Part shown: one piece after another, positions 17,982 to 26,957 of the stretch
How positions within the stretch are numbered: position 1 is the first letter of the stretch
Layout of the letters: the number at the start of each line of letters is the position of its first letter
Virus record (IMG/VR): IMGVR_UViG_2617270964_000009
From: a virus
Taxonomy: Duplodnaviria > Heunggongvirae > Uroviricota > Caudoviricetes
Strand: one strand, 5' to 3'
DNA: 37,718 nt
Made by a program: the position numbers and the translations under genes
Notes under the pieces: model-generated
Seen by the model: the letters and a program-made list of their open reading frames with translations, nothing else
Told to the model about the DNA's origin: nothing
Database searches by the model: none

Positions 17982-18013
17982 GGCTGTAAAGCCTTTATAA
18001 AGGTAATACAGCC
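17982..18013. promoter_or_regulatory. Nested palindrome in the 214-bp G-I intergenic gap (candidate late regulatory site or terminator)
   Basis: ggctgta-aagcctttataaaggtaa-tacagcc, with an inner perfect 12-bp palindrome cctttataaagg; a T-rich tract follows on the minus strand. Confidence 0.3.
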
Positions 18014-18059
18014 CCTCATTCGCTGGCAATGATAAATCACCCGCCTGAAGAGAGAAAAC

Positions 18060-18518
18060 TCAGCGACGGGCCGCTGATTCAAGATGGCGGACAATGGTAT
18101 CGAGGATGGGGATTACCACTTCAGGCTGTAGTTCTCCATCCCCCGTCACCGGCAGGAACGGGCGAGCCGGAAGTTCAACAGACTCATTACGCCCCGTTTT
18201 ACCCCCGAACTGGTGAATGGCACCGTAAACAACGTTGGTCCCCACAACAGCCTGCCGGTCGTCATGGTCGGTTGATACTGACCCCATCAGACGCCCGGTA
18301 TCCTGCAGTGTCTGCCCGTCACGCTCTTCCGCTGCCAGCGAGGGCATCCACCCCGGACGCCCCTCATCAAGAAAGTTAAACTGTGTTTCCGCCAGCAGGG
18401 TTCCGGCAATTTTGCGCATCGCGGGCTCCAGGTCTGTGGCAGCAAGATCCAGCGCACGGAGGCTCCGGCGCAGGGATTTATCGTTAATGGTGATACTGAC
18501 CAGGTTATCGGAAGCCAT
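18060..18518 (-). CDS. Virion morphogenesis protein, Mu G-like
   Basis: 152-aa ORF downstream of the F-like gene; conserved size and order. Confidence 0.7.
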   Translation of the reverse strand: MASDNLVSITINDKSLRRSLRALDLAATDLEPAMRKIAGTLLAETQFNFLDEGRPGWMPSLAAEERDGQTLQDTGRLMGSVSTDHDDRQAVVGTNVVYGAIHQFGGKTGRNESVELPARPFLPVTGDGELQPEVVIPILDTIVRHLESAARR

Positions 18519-18520
18519 TG

Positions 18521-19342
18521 TTATCCTCTCAGTTCCTGTTGTGCCAGTGGCTGAAGCGTACCCTGATAGCGGGCCAGGTCGGGACGGTATGCTGCCCCCG
18601 GTGCATAAGACCAGCCGACGTCGGTGGTCACCTTCGTGGTGCCGGTATTAAAGGTGGCCACGTTCCGCATTTCGCCGGTTTTCTCTGAGACCAGTTTCAG
18701 TTCCTGGCCCATGGCAGAGCCGGAGCTGATAACCTTCAGGCCACGGGCACGTACATCCGCCGCACTCAGGGCAATCACACTACAGCGGCAGCGCCAGCCG
18801 TTCGGCGGGTAAAATGCCTGCCAGAACGGGTCATCCCAACGCAGCACCAGACCATGCAGCGCCAGATGGCTCCTGCGGGTATGACTGTCGTTGATGCCGG
18901 TATACATCCAGTACGGCCTGTCGTCGACGTTTTCCATCTGTTCCGCCCAACGACCGGCGCTGTAGAGTACGGACATATTGGTGCGAAAGATGGTATCGAG
19001 CCGCCACGGACTGCCCTGCTGAATGGTGACCGGCTCACCCGTTACCGGGTCAGTCGTGTCACGTGGTCCCCACCATCCCTTACGCTTCAGCACCGGCTCC
19101 AGCTCCTGCCGGAACCAGCGATCGGTTTTTCCTTCATCGACAGCCTGCTGCAGTGCCCCGCGAATATCTTCCAGGATATCCAGGCGGGTCACTTTAGCAA
19201 CGGTAAAGGCGCGGGCATGGGCCTCCTGCCACATTTCTTCCCAGTCCCAGGTAATCTGATACCCTTTGGACTTCAGGTAGTTGATTGCCCGCTTCGGGGG
19301 AAGCGTCATGCAGTACGCCAGTTCAGCCGTTGTCACGCTCAT
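18521..19342 (-). CDS. Head morphogenesis / minor capsid protein, Mu F-like
   Basis: 273-aa ORF immediately downstream of the portal gene with overlapping start. Confidence 0.65.
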   Translation of the reverse strand: MSVTTAELAYCMTLPPKRAINYLKSKGYQITWDWEEMWQEAHARAFTVAKVTRLDILEDIRGALQQAVDEGKTDRWFRQELEPVLKRKGWWGPRDTTDPVTGEPVTIQQGSPWRLDTIFRTNMSVLYSAGRWAEQMENVDDRPYWMYTGINDSHTRRSHLALHGLVLRWDDPFWQAFYPPNGWRCRCSVIALSAADVRARGLKVISSGSAMGQELKLVSEKTGEMRNVATFNTGTTKVTTDVGWSYAPGAAYRPDLARYQGTLQPLAQQELRG

Positions 19343-20819
19343 GCAGACGCCCCCAGATATTTGTCACAAAGAGAATGCGGGCCAGCCGCTCCTGCAGATC
19401 GTCCGTGTTCATCTGAGGGTAGAGCTCCGCCAGTTCGCCCAGCAGCTCAGACGGGTTAACCCCATTTTCGACCCGCCTGAACAGAGGTGCCAGGACGGGT
19501 TCCAGCGTGCCATTTAACGCGCCTCCGTTCATCAGAATGTCCAGCGCGTCGTCAAGCTGCTGCTGAGCCTGAATATCAGCACCAATCGCCTCGGCAAATG
19601 ACAGCGGCAGCATGTTATTCTGGCGTTCCGACGGTGATATCTCGTCAATATCGCCGTCCTGCAGTTGGTACTCACGCATGAAGTACTGCGGGGTCAGACG
19701 CAGACCCGCCCGGGTGAGTTTTTCGTCGCGGGTGGCACGGGTGTCATCAATGGCCTCCTGTTCCCACATGGCCCAGACCGGACACGGCACATCGCCGAAG
19801 TTCAGGGTGACCACCGTTCTGATGACCTGATTCACTGCCGCCTGAATGATGTCCGCATCCGCATCGCGGATATCAGCCGTCACCTCCAGCCCGGCCTGTG
19901 CAGAGGCCTTGTTACTGTTCGCTTCCGTGGTCTGATTCTGACCGAGTAATGCAATGGAGATCTCACTGCGTGACAGTGTGATCAGCTCGCGAAATACCTC
20001 GCTGCTGTCTGCCTTGCCATCCGCTGCCCTGAGCTCAATACTGCTGTCATCGGGGATGGCGGCCACCGCGTCCTCCACCATCTGCTCCATGGAGTCCAGC
20101 AGTTTTTCAATCTCTGCATCATTTGCGCCCCTCGGGTGCTTACCGATCACCCACGGGGAACCAAACTTTTCGGCAAAGCGGAGCCAGAATTTCATCCCGC
20201 CTTTCTTGAAGGCAACCGGCCAGAAGCACATGGACAGGTCAGGGAAACCGTAAGGATTGTCATACGAGGCATCCTGTGCCGGCACCACGAATTTTGACGG
20301 TGACAGCAGCTCACCCTCCACACCCGCATCACGAGCCCGGAAGCGCAGGCAGTTGTCCGTATCAAACTGAAACCACTCTGGCGGTTTGCCGACAATATCC
20401 GTCACCGCCCACGCCCTGACCGAACGGCCCCACATGATTTCACAGGGCTGATACCCGTAGAGCACGGCATCGCTCATCTCACCGATGATACGGGACAGAT
20501 CCAGATCGTCGAGCATGTCGCGGATGAAACGGAAGACCCGGGCAGAAGCGTGACCGCGCTCCAGTCCACGCTCCAGCGATTTGAGCGCTGCTTTACGTCT
20601 GCGGATACAGCCCCCGACCAGCGGGTCGGTGCGCAGTTCCCGGTAGATACGGATATCCCGTCCCTGCGCCTTGAGAATGGGATCAGGATTGGGCAGATAC
20701 ATGCCCAGAGCGTAAAAGTCGATGGCGCGACTGCGCGAGGCAATCTGCGCGGTCAGTGATTTCTGAGGCTCAGAAAACGCAACAAATTCATCGGGTGAAA
20801 CCCAGATACCTTTAGCCAT
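19323..20819 (-). CDS. Portal protein (Mu gp29-like)
   Basis: 498-aa ORF directly downstream of the large terminase with overlapping stop/start. Confidence 0.8.
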   Translation of the reverse strand: MAKGIWVSPDEFVAFSEPQKSLTAQIASRSRAIDFYALGMYLPNPDPILKAQGRDIRIYRELRTDPLVGGCIRRRKAALKSLERGLERGHASARVFRFIRDMLDDLDLSRIIGEMSDAVLYGYQPCEIMWGRSVRAWAVTDIVGKPPEWFQFDTDNCLRFRARDAGVEGELLSPSKFVVPAQDASYDNPYGFPDLSMCFWPVAFKKGGMKFWLRFAEKFGSPWVIGKHPRGANDAEIEKLLDSMEQMVEDAVAAIPDDSSIELRAADGKADSSEVFRELITLSRSEISIALLGQNQTTEANSNKASAQAGLEVTADIRDADADIIQAAVNQVIRTVVTLNFGDVPCPVWAMWEQEAIDDTRATRDEKLTRAGLRLTPQYFMREYQLQDGDIDEISPSERQNNMLPLSFAEAIGADIQAQQQLDDALDILMNGGALNGTLEPVLAPLFRRVENGVNPSELLGELAELYPQMNTDDLQERLARILFVTNIWGRLHERDNG

Positions 20820-22411
20820 CAGTACCCCTCCAGCATGCGGGCCGCCTGACGACGACGGCGTGAGCTTGCCTTCACCGGCCCTTTGTTAATTTCACGGCTG
20901 GCGAAATACGCCAGCGCCAGTGCGATGGCTGAATCCCCGTGACGTTTACCACCATCAGCCTTTGCTTTTGAGCGTTGCTCCGGCACGCGGGGGACACCGT
21001 TCACCACCTGAACGGCCCGCAGGTCATCCAGTGTGTCTTCATCCTTTGGTAAGTCCACCAGGTTACCGTCTTCCAGTGCAGCTTTGACCGGAGGCATATG
21101 CTCCCGGTACCAGCCTTCGGTTGGCATCACCTGCTGAACCCGGCCGGAGCCGTAGCGCTGCATGGCGTATTCAGCCAGATAGGCACCATTACCACGGGCA
21201 TCAAACGCAGCACCCAGCAGACCGGGCAGGCCATCCATCAGATACCAGGTGATTTGCTCCTGCTGCCTGAACGGCACGTTACGCAACTCCAGTACGAATG
21301 GCACGCGTCGTATCAGGTTCTTCTCCTGCAACAACGGGTAGTCCACCGACAAATCCCCGCTGCGACCAAAGTCACGCCCTAGAAAAGAGCGGGCACCAGC
21401 GGGGAGCGCCTCCAGTAATGGTTTCAGATGCTCATCAAGCCAGTCCTGCGTCTCGCGGAAGCGAACTTCATCAGACAGCAGTTCATAACCTTCCTTGCAG
21501 GTCAGACGCAATACCGGCGTATCAGCGGACATGCGGGACTCTATCAGGGCTCGGGACAGCCAGGCACCGCCACCGTTGGCCGGAATACAGTCAAGCTCTT
21601 CGGATGCACCGGCACCGTAGAATTTGTACACCGACGCCATCCAGGCCTGCTCGGATGCCTCCGACCATTCCTTCCCGGTGCGCAGACAAACGCGCCGGAA
21701 CAGCCCCTCAGATACGGCTTCCCGGAAAGTGATGCGATGTACGCTGCCTCCCTGACGTCCGGCACGGATATCCCCGATAAGCGTATTGAACGGATTGTCG
21801 TCACCGTCATGGGTGGAGATAACGCGTACCTTTCCCCCCCAGATAAGCATCGCCAGCGCCGCTTTCAGCAGTTCGTCCAGTTGCTCATGGAACGCCGCTT
21901 CGTCGATAACAATAATACCCTGACGGCCACGCAGGTTAGACGGGCGGCTGGAGAGCGCAACAATACGAAAGCCGGAGTCAGGAAATTTGATGGTGTAAGT
22001 CTTGATGTGTTTGTCGTCGTCCTCTTCCCAGAATCCTTCTTCAATTTCACTGGCCGCATAGTTGAATGCCCGTGCCCACATCGCACACGCCTGAATGTAT
22101 TCGACGGTCATGTCCTGGTTATAAGCGATGTAATACACATTCATCCCGCCTGCTGGCGCAGAAGAGGCGGCGGTCAGTACGTTATCGGATGCCTCAGCCC
22201 ATGTAATACCGGTACGACGGCTCTTTTCTATCACCTTAAGCGGAGAGGTGTCTGCCACCCAGCGCTGCTGGTAAGGCAACAGAACGGGAGGGGCATCCAG
22301 CGCCGAGGTATCAGGCAAAACGGGAGCAAGGTTATTCCTCCCGTCCATGGGACTCATCCCTTCGGGGCCGCCGCCAGCGGCGTTTAAAATCACTCCGGAT
22401 GATTTTGTCAT
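20819..22411 (-). CDS. Terminase large subunit (Mu gp28-like)
   Basis: 530 aa with ATPase and nuclease-sized halves; overlaps the small-subunit gene by 4 bp. Confidence 0.8.
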   Translation of the reverse strand: MTKSSGVILNAAGGGPEGMSPMDGRNNLAPVLPDTSALDAPPVLLPYQQRWVADTSPLKVIEKSRRTGITWAEASDNVLTAASSAPAGGMNVYYIAYNQDMTVEYIQACAMWARAFNYAASEIEEGFWEEDDDKHIKTYTIKFPDSGFRIVALSSRPSNLRGRQGIIVIDEAAFHEQLDELLKAALAMLIWGGKVRVISTHDGDDNPFNTLIGDIRAGRQGGSVHRITFREAVSEGLFRRVCLRTGKEWSEASEQAWMASVYKFYGAGASEELDCIPANGGGAWLSRALIESRMSADTPVLRLTCKEGYELLSDEVRFRETQDWLDEHLKPLLEALPAGARSFLGRDFGRSGDLSVDYPLLQEKNLIRRVPFVLELRNVPFRQQEQITWYLMDGLPGLLGAAFDARGNGAYLAEYAMQRYGSGRVQQVMPTEGWYREHMPPVKAALEDGNLVDLPKDEDTLDDLRAVQVVNGVPRVPEQRSKAKADGGKRHGDSAIALALAYFASREINKGPVKASSRRRRQAARMLEGY

Positions 22412-22953
22412 GTGGCAATCCCCAGAATCTCGCGACGAAGCGCCTGTACTGCGTCGCTTGACAGTCCCCCCTTACGGGCAATTTTCTCGGCGTTGCTGGC
22501 TGCCTGCTGCGCTCTGGCCCGTACTTCAGACTGGAACTTTTTGAGGTTGACGGACGCGCGGGACAGCGTAGCCACATTCTTCGCCACCTTCGACAGCAGG
22601 GCCACGCGTTCTTTAGGATCGACTTCGCCTTCTTCCGCCTCCTGCAACTGGACAATACTCTCGAACAGCTCGGTCTGAATAAGGGCTATCACAGCCTCCG
22701 AACGCGCATCCTGATCGTCTGCTGCGCCTTCGGTCAGCATGCGGGCCGCTTCTGTTGCCGCACGGATAGCACCATAGCGGCGCTCAATCTTCTGTCCATA
22801 GCGATGGATAGCGGATTTGCTGATGACGTACCCCCGCTCACGCAGCAGGGACTCCAGCTCGTTATACCCGCTGAAGCCGGATTCAGTCAGCGCCCGTTCA
22901 AGCCAGCGGCGCACGTCTTCCGGCAGCTTTTCTATTGTGCTGCGTCTGGCCAT
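22408..22953 (-). CDS. Terminase small subunit-like protein (Mu gp27-like)
   Basis: 181-aa basic helical protein immediately upstream of the large terminase. Confidence 0.6.
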   Translation of the reverse strand: MARRSTIEKLPEDVRRWLERALTESGFSGYNELESLLRERGYVISKSAIHRYGQKIERRYGAIRAATEAARMLTEGAADDQDARSEAVIALIQTELFESIVQLQEAEEGEVDPKERVALLSKVAKNVATLSRASVNLKKFQSEVRARAQQAASNAEKIARKGGLSSDAVQALRREILGIAT

Positions 22954-23264
22954 TATTCACTCCAGTACTTTTCCGGGCGGGCAATACCCGGACCACATTC
23001 CACGGTGTATTCCACCAGGTCTACGCCGAGGCGGGTCAGGTCAGCAAACCAGTCGCCAGAAGGTTTTTTCTCCAGATCAACCATTTTACGGTCAGCCAGA
23101 TAATCCAGTTCGCGGCGCAGTTCCAGCGGTGTGGTGTCCGGGTAGATGGCACGGGACACATCCAGCAGCAGCGTCTCGCTGGCGGTGTAAGGGCGGGTCT
23201 TGTTCAGGGCAACCAGCAGACTCCAGCGCAGGGATTCGCGGCGTACCCGGGTAATATCGACCAT
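22953..23264 (-). CDS. Mu gp26-like hypothetical protein
   Basis: 103-aa ORF, translationally coupled to its neighbours; assigned by synteny. Confidence 0.45.
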   Translation of the reverse strand: MVDITRVRRESLRWSLLVALNKTRPYTASETLLLDVSRAIYPDTTPLELRRELDYLADRKMVDLEKKPSGDWFADLTRLGVDLVEYTVECGPGIARPEKYWSE

Positions 23265-23590
23265 TATTGACCTCCGGTATTGCGGTACTGCTGTACCACT
23301 TCCAGTTTGTTATAAAGCGCGTCCAGTTTGGCCTCGATGACTGTCTGGCCACGGATATAATCCTCGCGACGGACATAATTCAGCGGTAAATCCGCTTTAA
23401 ATCGCATAAATTCTTTTTCCAGCTCGCCCCAGTTGGAGGCGGACTGTTGCAGGGCCTGTTCAAGGGAGGCGAATCGTGCCGCCTGGCGTTCTTCTGTTTT
23501 ACTGAACAACCATTTGGCGAGCCCTCCCACAAACCCCATGAAGGTGAGCAGAAAACTCACCACCGTCCAGAATTCAACCTGCAGTGTCAT
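23264..23590 (-). CDS. Mu gp25-like membrane protein
   Basis: 108 aa with an N-terminal TM segment (FWTVVSFLLTFMGFVGGLAKWLF) and a coiled coil; start overlaps the Rz stop. Confidence 0.5.
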   Translation of the reverse strand: MTLQVEFWTVVSFLLTFMGFVGGLAKWLFSKTEERQAARFASLEQALQQSASNWGELEKEFMRFKADLPLNYVRREDYIRGQTVIEAKLDALYNKLEVVQQYRNTGGQ

Positions 23591-24237
23591 TTCTGTAATC
23601 CTTCCCGTTCATCCAGTAACGCGTTTATCTGGTTCCGCCAGCGACGACATTGTCCTGCGTTGTCGATGATGTTGGCGAGAACGTCACGCTGGGAGACACC
23701 CGAATCGCGTAACCGGGTGTCAGTGGTTTCAGGTTGCCCGGTCGCTGTGCCAGAGCGGGTGCCAGCGGCGGCAACTGAGTCTGAATGACCGGTGTCGACG
23801 GATGCGTTGTCATATCCGAGTGCGGCGTTGTACTGGCGCACGAAACCGCGAGTAAACACGCACTCAATGGGATGGCTCTTACCTTTTTCATCAATCCAGC
23901 GCTGTGTGACATCGTTAATTTGCCCCTGTAGTTGTTTATTCCGGCTCTCCAGTTGAGCAATCTGCTCAAGATAACCGGCTTCAGCCCGCTGCCCGGCGGC
24001 CACCTGCTCCTGATACCGTCTGGCCCAGGCCCGCAGCGCAGCATTCTCAAGCGTTGTCTGCTCCGTTTTGTACGCGTCAAATGCTGACTGCAACTGACTG
24101 AGCGCGGTATCACCGTCACGCTTTGCAGAGTCATGACCACTTCTGTATCCCATGGCATACAGGCCGACCAGAAAGGCATTGATAAGAATGGCCAGCAGAA
24201 TGCCGCGCCACGGCAGCTTTTTAACCAGATGCCACAC
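23587..24237 (-). CDS. Rz-like inner-membrane spanin (i-spanin), start taken at GTG 24237
   Basis: The GTG has a GGGGAGG Shine-Dalgarno 8 nt upstream; N-terminal TM (WRGILLAILINAFLVGLYAMGY) then a coiled-coil periplasmic region; an Rz1-like ORF is embedded in the +1 frame. Confidence 0.6.
   Translation of the reverse strand: MWHLVKKLPWRGILLAILINAFLVGLYAMGYRSGHDSAKRDGDTALSQLQSAFDAYKTEQTTLENAALRAWARRYQEQVAAGQRAEAGYLEQIAQLESRNKQLQGQINDVTQRWIDEKGKSHPIECVFTRGFVRQYNAALGYDNASVDTGHSDSVAAAGTRSGTATGQPETTDTRLRDSGVSQRDVLANIIDNAGQCRRWRNQINALLDEREGLQK
23625..23891 (-). CDS. Rz1-like outer-membrane lipoprotein spanin (o-spanin), embedded in Rz
   Basis: MKKVRAIPLSACLLAVSCAS: signal peptide with a lipobox-like AVSC; mature part is proline-rich (TPHSDMTTHPSTPVIQTQLPPLAPALAQRPGNLKPLTPGY). 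Confidence 0.55.
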   Translation of the reverse strand: MKKVRAIPLSACLLAVSCASTTPHSDMTTHPSTPVIQTQLPPLAPALAQRPGNLKPLTPGYAIRVSPSVTFSPTSSTTQDNVVAGGTR

Positions 24238-24961
24238 AACTGCTGCCTCCCCATGTGAGATATCGCGGTGCCAGTTCGCGCAGGATGCGCTGCGGATAAT
24301 GGCGGTTCTCCCGCCAGCTGGCCGCATTGCGTCCGGCATTCACCGTGGCGACATGTCCGAACCAGCGGGTGCTGTCCAGACCTTTCTGTGATGCAAGCCG
24401 CCTGTCCCGTTGTACCCAGCCCAGACCACCGTTATAGCCCGACAGTGTCATGGCCATACGCTCGCAGTCACTGGCGGCGCTGACACGCTGCCACAGCCAG
24501 CGGTCATAGCTGACCAGCGCCCGGATAGCCCATGCCGGATTAAACGGCTCACGACTGCTCAGCATCGGTATCAACTGGCTTATCCAGTCGGCAGTGGCAG
24601 GCATGAACTGCGCCAGTCCCTGAGCGCCAGCCGGCGAGATCGCATCAGGTCGCCAGCCGCTTTCCTGATGCAGTTGCGCGGCGAAATCGGCCACCGGCGC
24701 AGACAGTCCCCATTCAAGCCGGGCATTACGGATCACATCATCGCGATACTGCAGCGCAGCCTGCGGAGGTTGTGCTGCGCATGCCTGGCTGAAAAAGCCG
24801 CCACACCAGAGCAACATTGCGACAAAGAATACCCATGCCATATGAACCAGAAAGGTCCCGGCGCGGACTGACAGGCGTTCGGTTCTGATGAAGACCCGAA
24901 AGGCTTCGAAAGCCAGTTTCAGGGACATGCATACAATCCAGGTGATCTGCGGCCAGTTCAT
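24221..24961 (-). CDS. Endolysin, lytic transglycosylase (SLT-domain) type with N-terminal hydrophobic/SAR-like segment
   Basis: Contains HQESGW...GAQGLAQFMP, the SLT catalytic region with the catalytic Glu; TM-like MAWVFFVAMLLWCGGFF; ATG is 2 nt after the upstream stop. An alternative start at M41 (24841) is possible. Confidence 0.7.
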   Translation of the reverse strand: MNWPQITWIVCMSLKLAFEAFRVFIRTERLSVRAGTFLVHMAWVFFVAMLLWCGGFFSQACAAQPPQAALQYRDDVIRNARLEWGLSAPVADFAAQLHQESGWRPDAISPAGAQGLAQFMPATADWISQLIPMLSSREPFNPAWAIRALVSYDRWLWQRVSAASDCERMAMTLSGYNGGLGWVQRDRRLASQKGLDSTRWFGHVATVNAGRNAASWRENRHYPQRILRELAPRYLTWGGSSCVASG

Positions 24962-24963
24962 GA

Positions 24964-25314
24964 TTAAAGCCCCATCGCAACAGCCAGGCAGACCGCTGCA
25001 ACAATCAGTGCACGGCGGATTAACGCAGCAGAAAACACCAGGTGAAGGCCGGTCTGTACCGGGAAACGCCCTTCAGCCATCAGCCTGTCGTCATGTTTCA
25101 GGTACTGACCGGGACGGGCTTTGGGGAAGAGCGAACGGTCAAGCCAGTAACCCAGCACTGCTGCCAGCGTGATGAGTGCCAGCTTGTAGATCACAACAGG
25201 CAGCTGCTGTGGTGAGACCAGAGCGATGGTGCCCAGCAACAGCACTGAGGTCAGCAGCCAGCCGCTGAGGCGAGGTTTTTTAACAGGGGGAATGAATTTT
25301 TTCAGGTTTTTCAT
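24964..25314 (-). CDS. Holin-like membrane protein (3 predicted TM segments)
   Basis: Start chosen at ATG 25314 (MKNLKKF) with a GAGGAG Shine-Dalgarno 7 nt upstream; three hydrophobic helices; sits first in the lysis cassette. Confidence 0.5.
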   Translation of the reverse strand: MKNLKKFIPPVKKPRLSGWLLTSVLLLGTIALVSPQQLPVVIYKLALITLAAVLGYWLDRSLFPKARPGQYLKHDDRLMAEGRFPVQTGLHLVFSAALIRRALIVAAVCLAVAMGL

Positions 25315-25444
25315 GTGTGTCTCCTCGTTTGGTGGAGACAGCATCACAAATACAGGGCGCAAAGGATTTTAAAGCGCGTTAAGAGAGCCGGGGATACGGG
25401 ATGTGCAGGATAAACGATGAATTATTCACAGAGGAGAATACGAT

Positions 25445-26173
25445 ATGACGCACACACTGAATCCGGTCATCACTGTCACTGTGTCCGATCCTGTGGGCAG
25501 CGGTAAAAGTTACGTACTGGCGCGGATAGAAGAGATGGTGAAACAGGAACTCGGAAACAGCGTCATTGTCGATGCTGCTGACGTGGAGAATGAGCGCCGT
25601 ATGAATGGCGAAGATCTGACGACCTGGCAGAAGCCACGGGGTGGCACAGTGATCAGGCTGGAGGAATACACGGGACAGGGCCTGTTGTCATACGGCGAGG
25701 AGCGTATCTGTCGGACGAATGAGCTGCTGGATGTTATATGCCCCACGGGCCGGCAACCCTGGATACTGCCCGATGCACTGCATGCCACCATTGCGGCACT
25801 GATGACAGTTTACGATCAGGAGCTGCTCATGAAGGAGTTACGTAAACTCACCGGTCAGCCAACAGAATGTTGTTCGTCTCCGAAGTACGGCAAACAGGAA
25901 CACATCCCGATTAACCAGCCTCCCCGGTTCTTCGACGAATACCTTCTGACACCGGAAAATAAAGCTGAGCATGAAGAGATCAAAGCGGCGTTGTTCCGGG
26001 AAATCAGGAAGATTGCTGAAATGCAGTTGGGGGGCGGGCTGGACAGAGTGATGGCGAGAGGAGAATGGGCATCGCTGTTTGAAAGAGTTTCCCCGGAATT
26101 ACTTCCCCTCGCACTGGCTATCGGGATTATGCAGACAGCGGATAAACCTCACTTACGTTCATTAAACACGTAA
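25445..26173 (+). CDS. Hypothetical protein (242 aa) with a degenerate P-loop-like motif
   Basis: Strong RBS (GAGGAG, 7-nt spacing); N-terminal VTVSDPVGSGKSY resembles a Walker-A-like P-loop but is non-canonical; no other recognisable domain. Confidence 0.5.
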   Translation: MTHTLNPVITVTVSDPVGSGKSYVLARIEEMVKQELGNSVIVDAADVENERRMNGEDLTTWQKPRGGTVIRLEEYTGQGLLSYGEERICRTNELLDVICPTGRQPWILPDALHATIAALMTVYDQELLMKELRKLTGQPTECCSSPKYGKQEHIPINQPPRFFDEYLLTPENKAEHEEIKAALFREIRKIAEMQLGGGLDRVMARGEWASLFERVSPELLPLALAIGIMQTADKPHLRSLNT

Positions 26174-26553
26174 CGCATAATCCGGGATACGCATTCAGCG
26201 ATGACTGCATTTTCACCGGTTTTTACTGCATCCAGAAGTGACTCTTTAAATGGTACGGGCCGGGGCTGCAGAAAGGTCGGCATGGCATTGAGCAGACAGA
26301 GCGTTTTTTCCGTGAGGACGACATCAGCCGCTCCCACAGCCAGCAACTGAGAGTAACGAATATAGCTGTTATCCCGAAGCCATATCAGCGTATCAATAAA
26401 ACACCGGCACTTTTTCTGGTCGTGATCAACCTGGTCCGGGATATCGAAAAAACCAGAATAAATCAAAACCTGAGGTGCCGGATGCGTGTTCAGTAATCGG
26501 CAGAATATTTTGCCGGTGAGTACATAAAAATCATCATTTAAGGAGTGCATCAT
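26149..26553 (-). CDS. Hypothetical protein (134 aa)
   Basis: Starts ATGATG with GGGGA upstream; its 3' end overlaps the 242-aa ORF by 25 bp (convergent) and its start codon overlaps the 71-aa ORF start (divergent). Confidence 0.35.
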   Translation of the reverse strand: MMHSLNDDFYVLTGKIFCRLLNTHPAPQVLIYSGFFDIPDQVDHDQKKCRCFIDTLIWLRDNSYIRYSQLLAVGAADVVLTEKTLCLLNAMPTFLQPRPVPFKESLLDAVKTGENAVIAECVSRIMRYVFNERK

Positions 26554-26767
26554 GAATCCCCGATTAACGTTAACAGAACATCAGCGCCGTGCTGAAGCAG
26601 TGAACAATGTTCTGGAAGATATTATCCGGTTATACCGCGGAGAACTGAGTGTCTGTCGTGCCGCTTTTCATTTTCAGGGAATACAAAAGCAGTTTGATAC
26701 TTCTGTTTTTGCAGAAGGTATTACTTATGCCCTGGACCGGATAAGGTCAGAAAATCGCCCCGGATAA
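26552..26767 (+). CDS. Hypothetical small protein (71 aa)
   Basis: AAGGAG Shine-Dalgarno 6 nt upstream of the ATG; no recognisable motif. Confidence 0.4.
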   Translation: MNPRLTLTEHQRRAEAVNNVLEDIIRLYRGELSVCRAAFHFQGIQKQFDTSVFAEGITYALDRIRSENRPG

Positions 26768-26823
26768 TCCCTAAACCACATTAACAGAAATCCCGCCATC
26801 CCTGCCGCATCATGAAAGAACGA

Positions 26824-26851
26824 CCAGCCCGGCACCCGAAAGCCGGGCTGG
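26824..26851. other. GC-rich hairpin (ccagcccggc-acccgaaa-gccgggctgg) between the 71-aa ORF and dam
   Basis: Perfect 10-bp stem, 8-nt loop; no U-tract on the plus strand, so more likely an RNA structure or regulatory element than a canonical terminator. Confidence 0.35.
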
Positions 26852-26957
26852 TCATCGCCCCACAGGAATGCGCTGTGAGCCGACCAAGGTTCAGTCAGTC
26901 TCGCGAGACCTGACCAGACTGCCATATTTTTTAATAATTGTAAAAGGCTTACAGATT

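Noticed and set aside
21428-22387. 319-aa plus-strand ORF
   Set aside because: Antisense to the large terminase gene; no start context; the terminase frame is the conserved one.
25445-25520. GSGKS motif in the 242-aa protein as a Walker A P-loop
   Set aside because: The canonical Gx4GK[ST] spacing is not satisfied (Asp where the first Gly should be), so I describe it only as degenerate P-loop-like and do not call the protein an ATPase or kinase.
26725-26925. 66-aa minus-strand ORF overlapping the GC hairpin and the dam upstream region
   Set aside because: No RBS, Trp/Phe/Gly-rich composition, and it overlaps structured intergenic sequence; most likely spurious.
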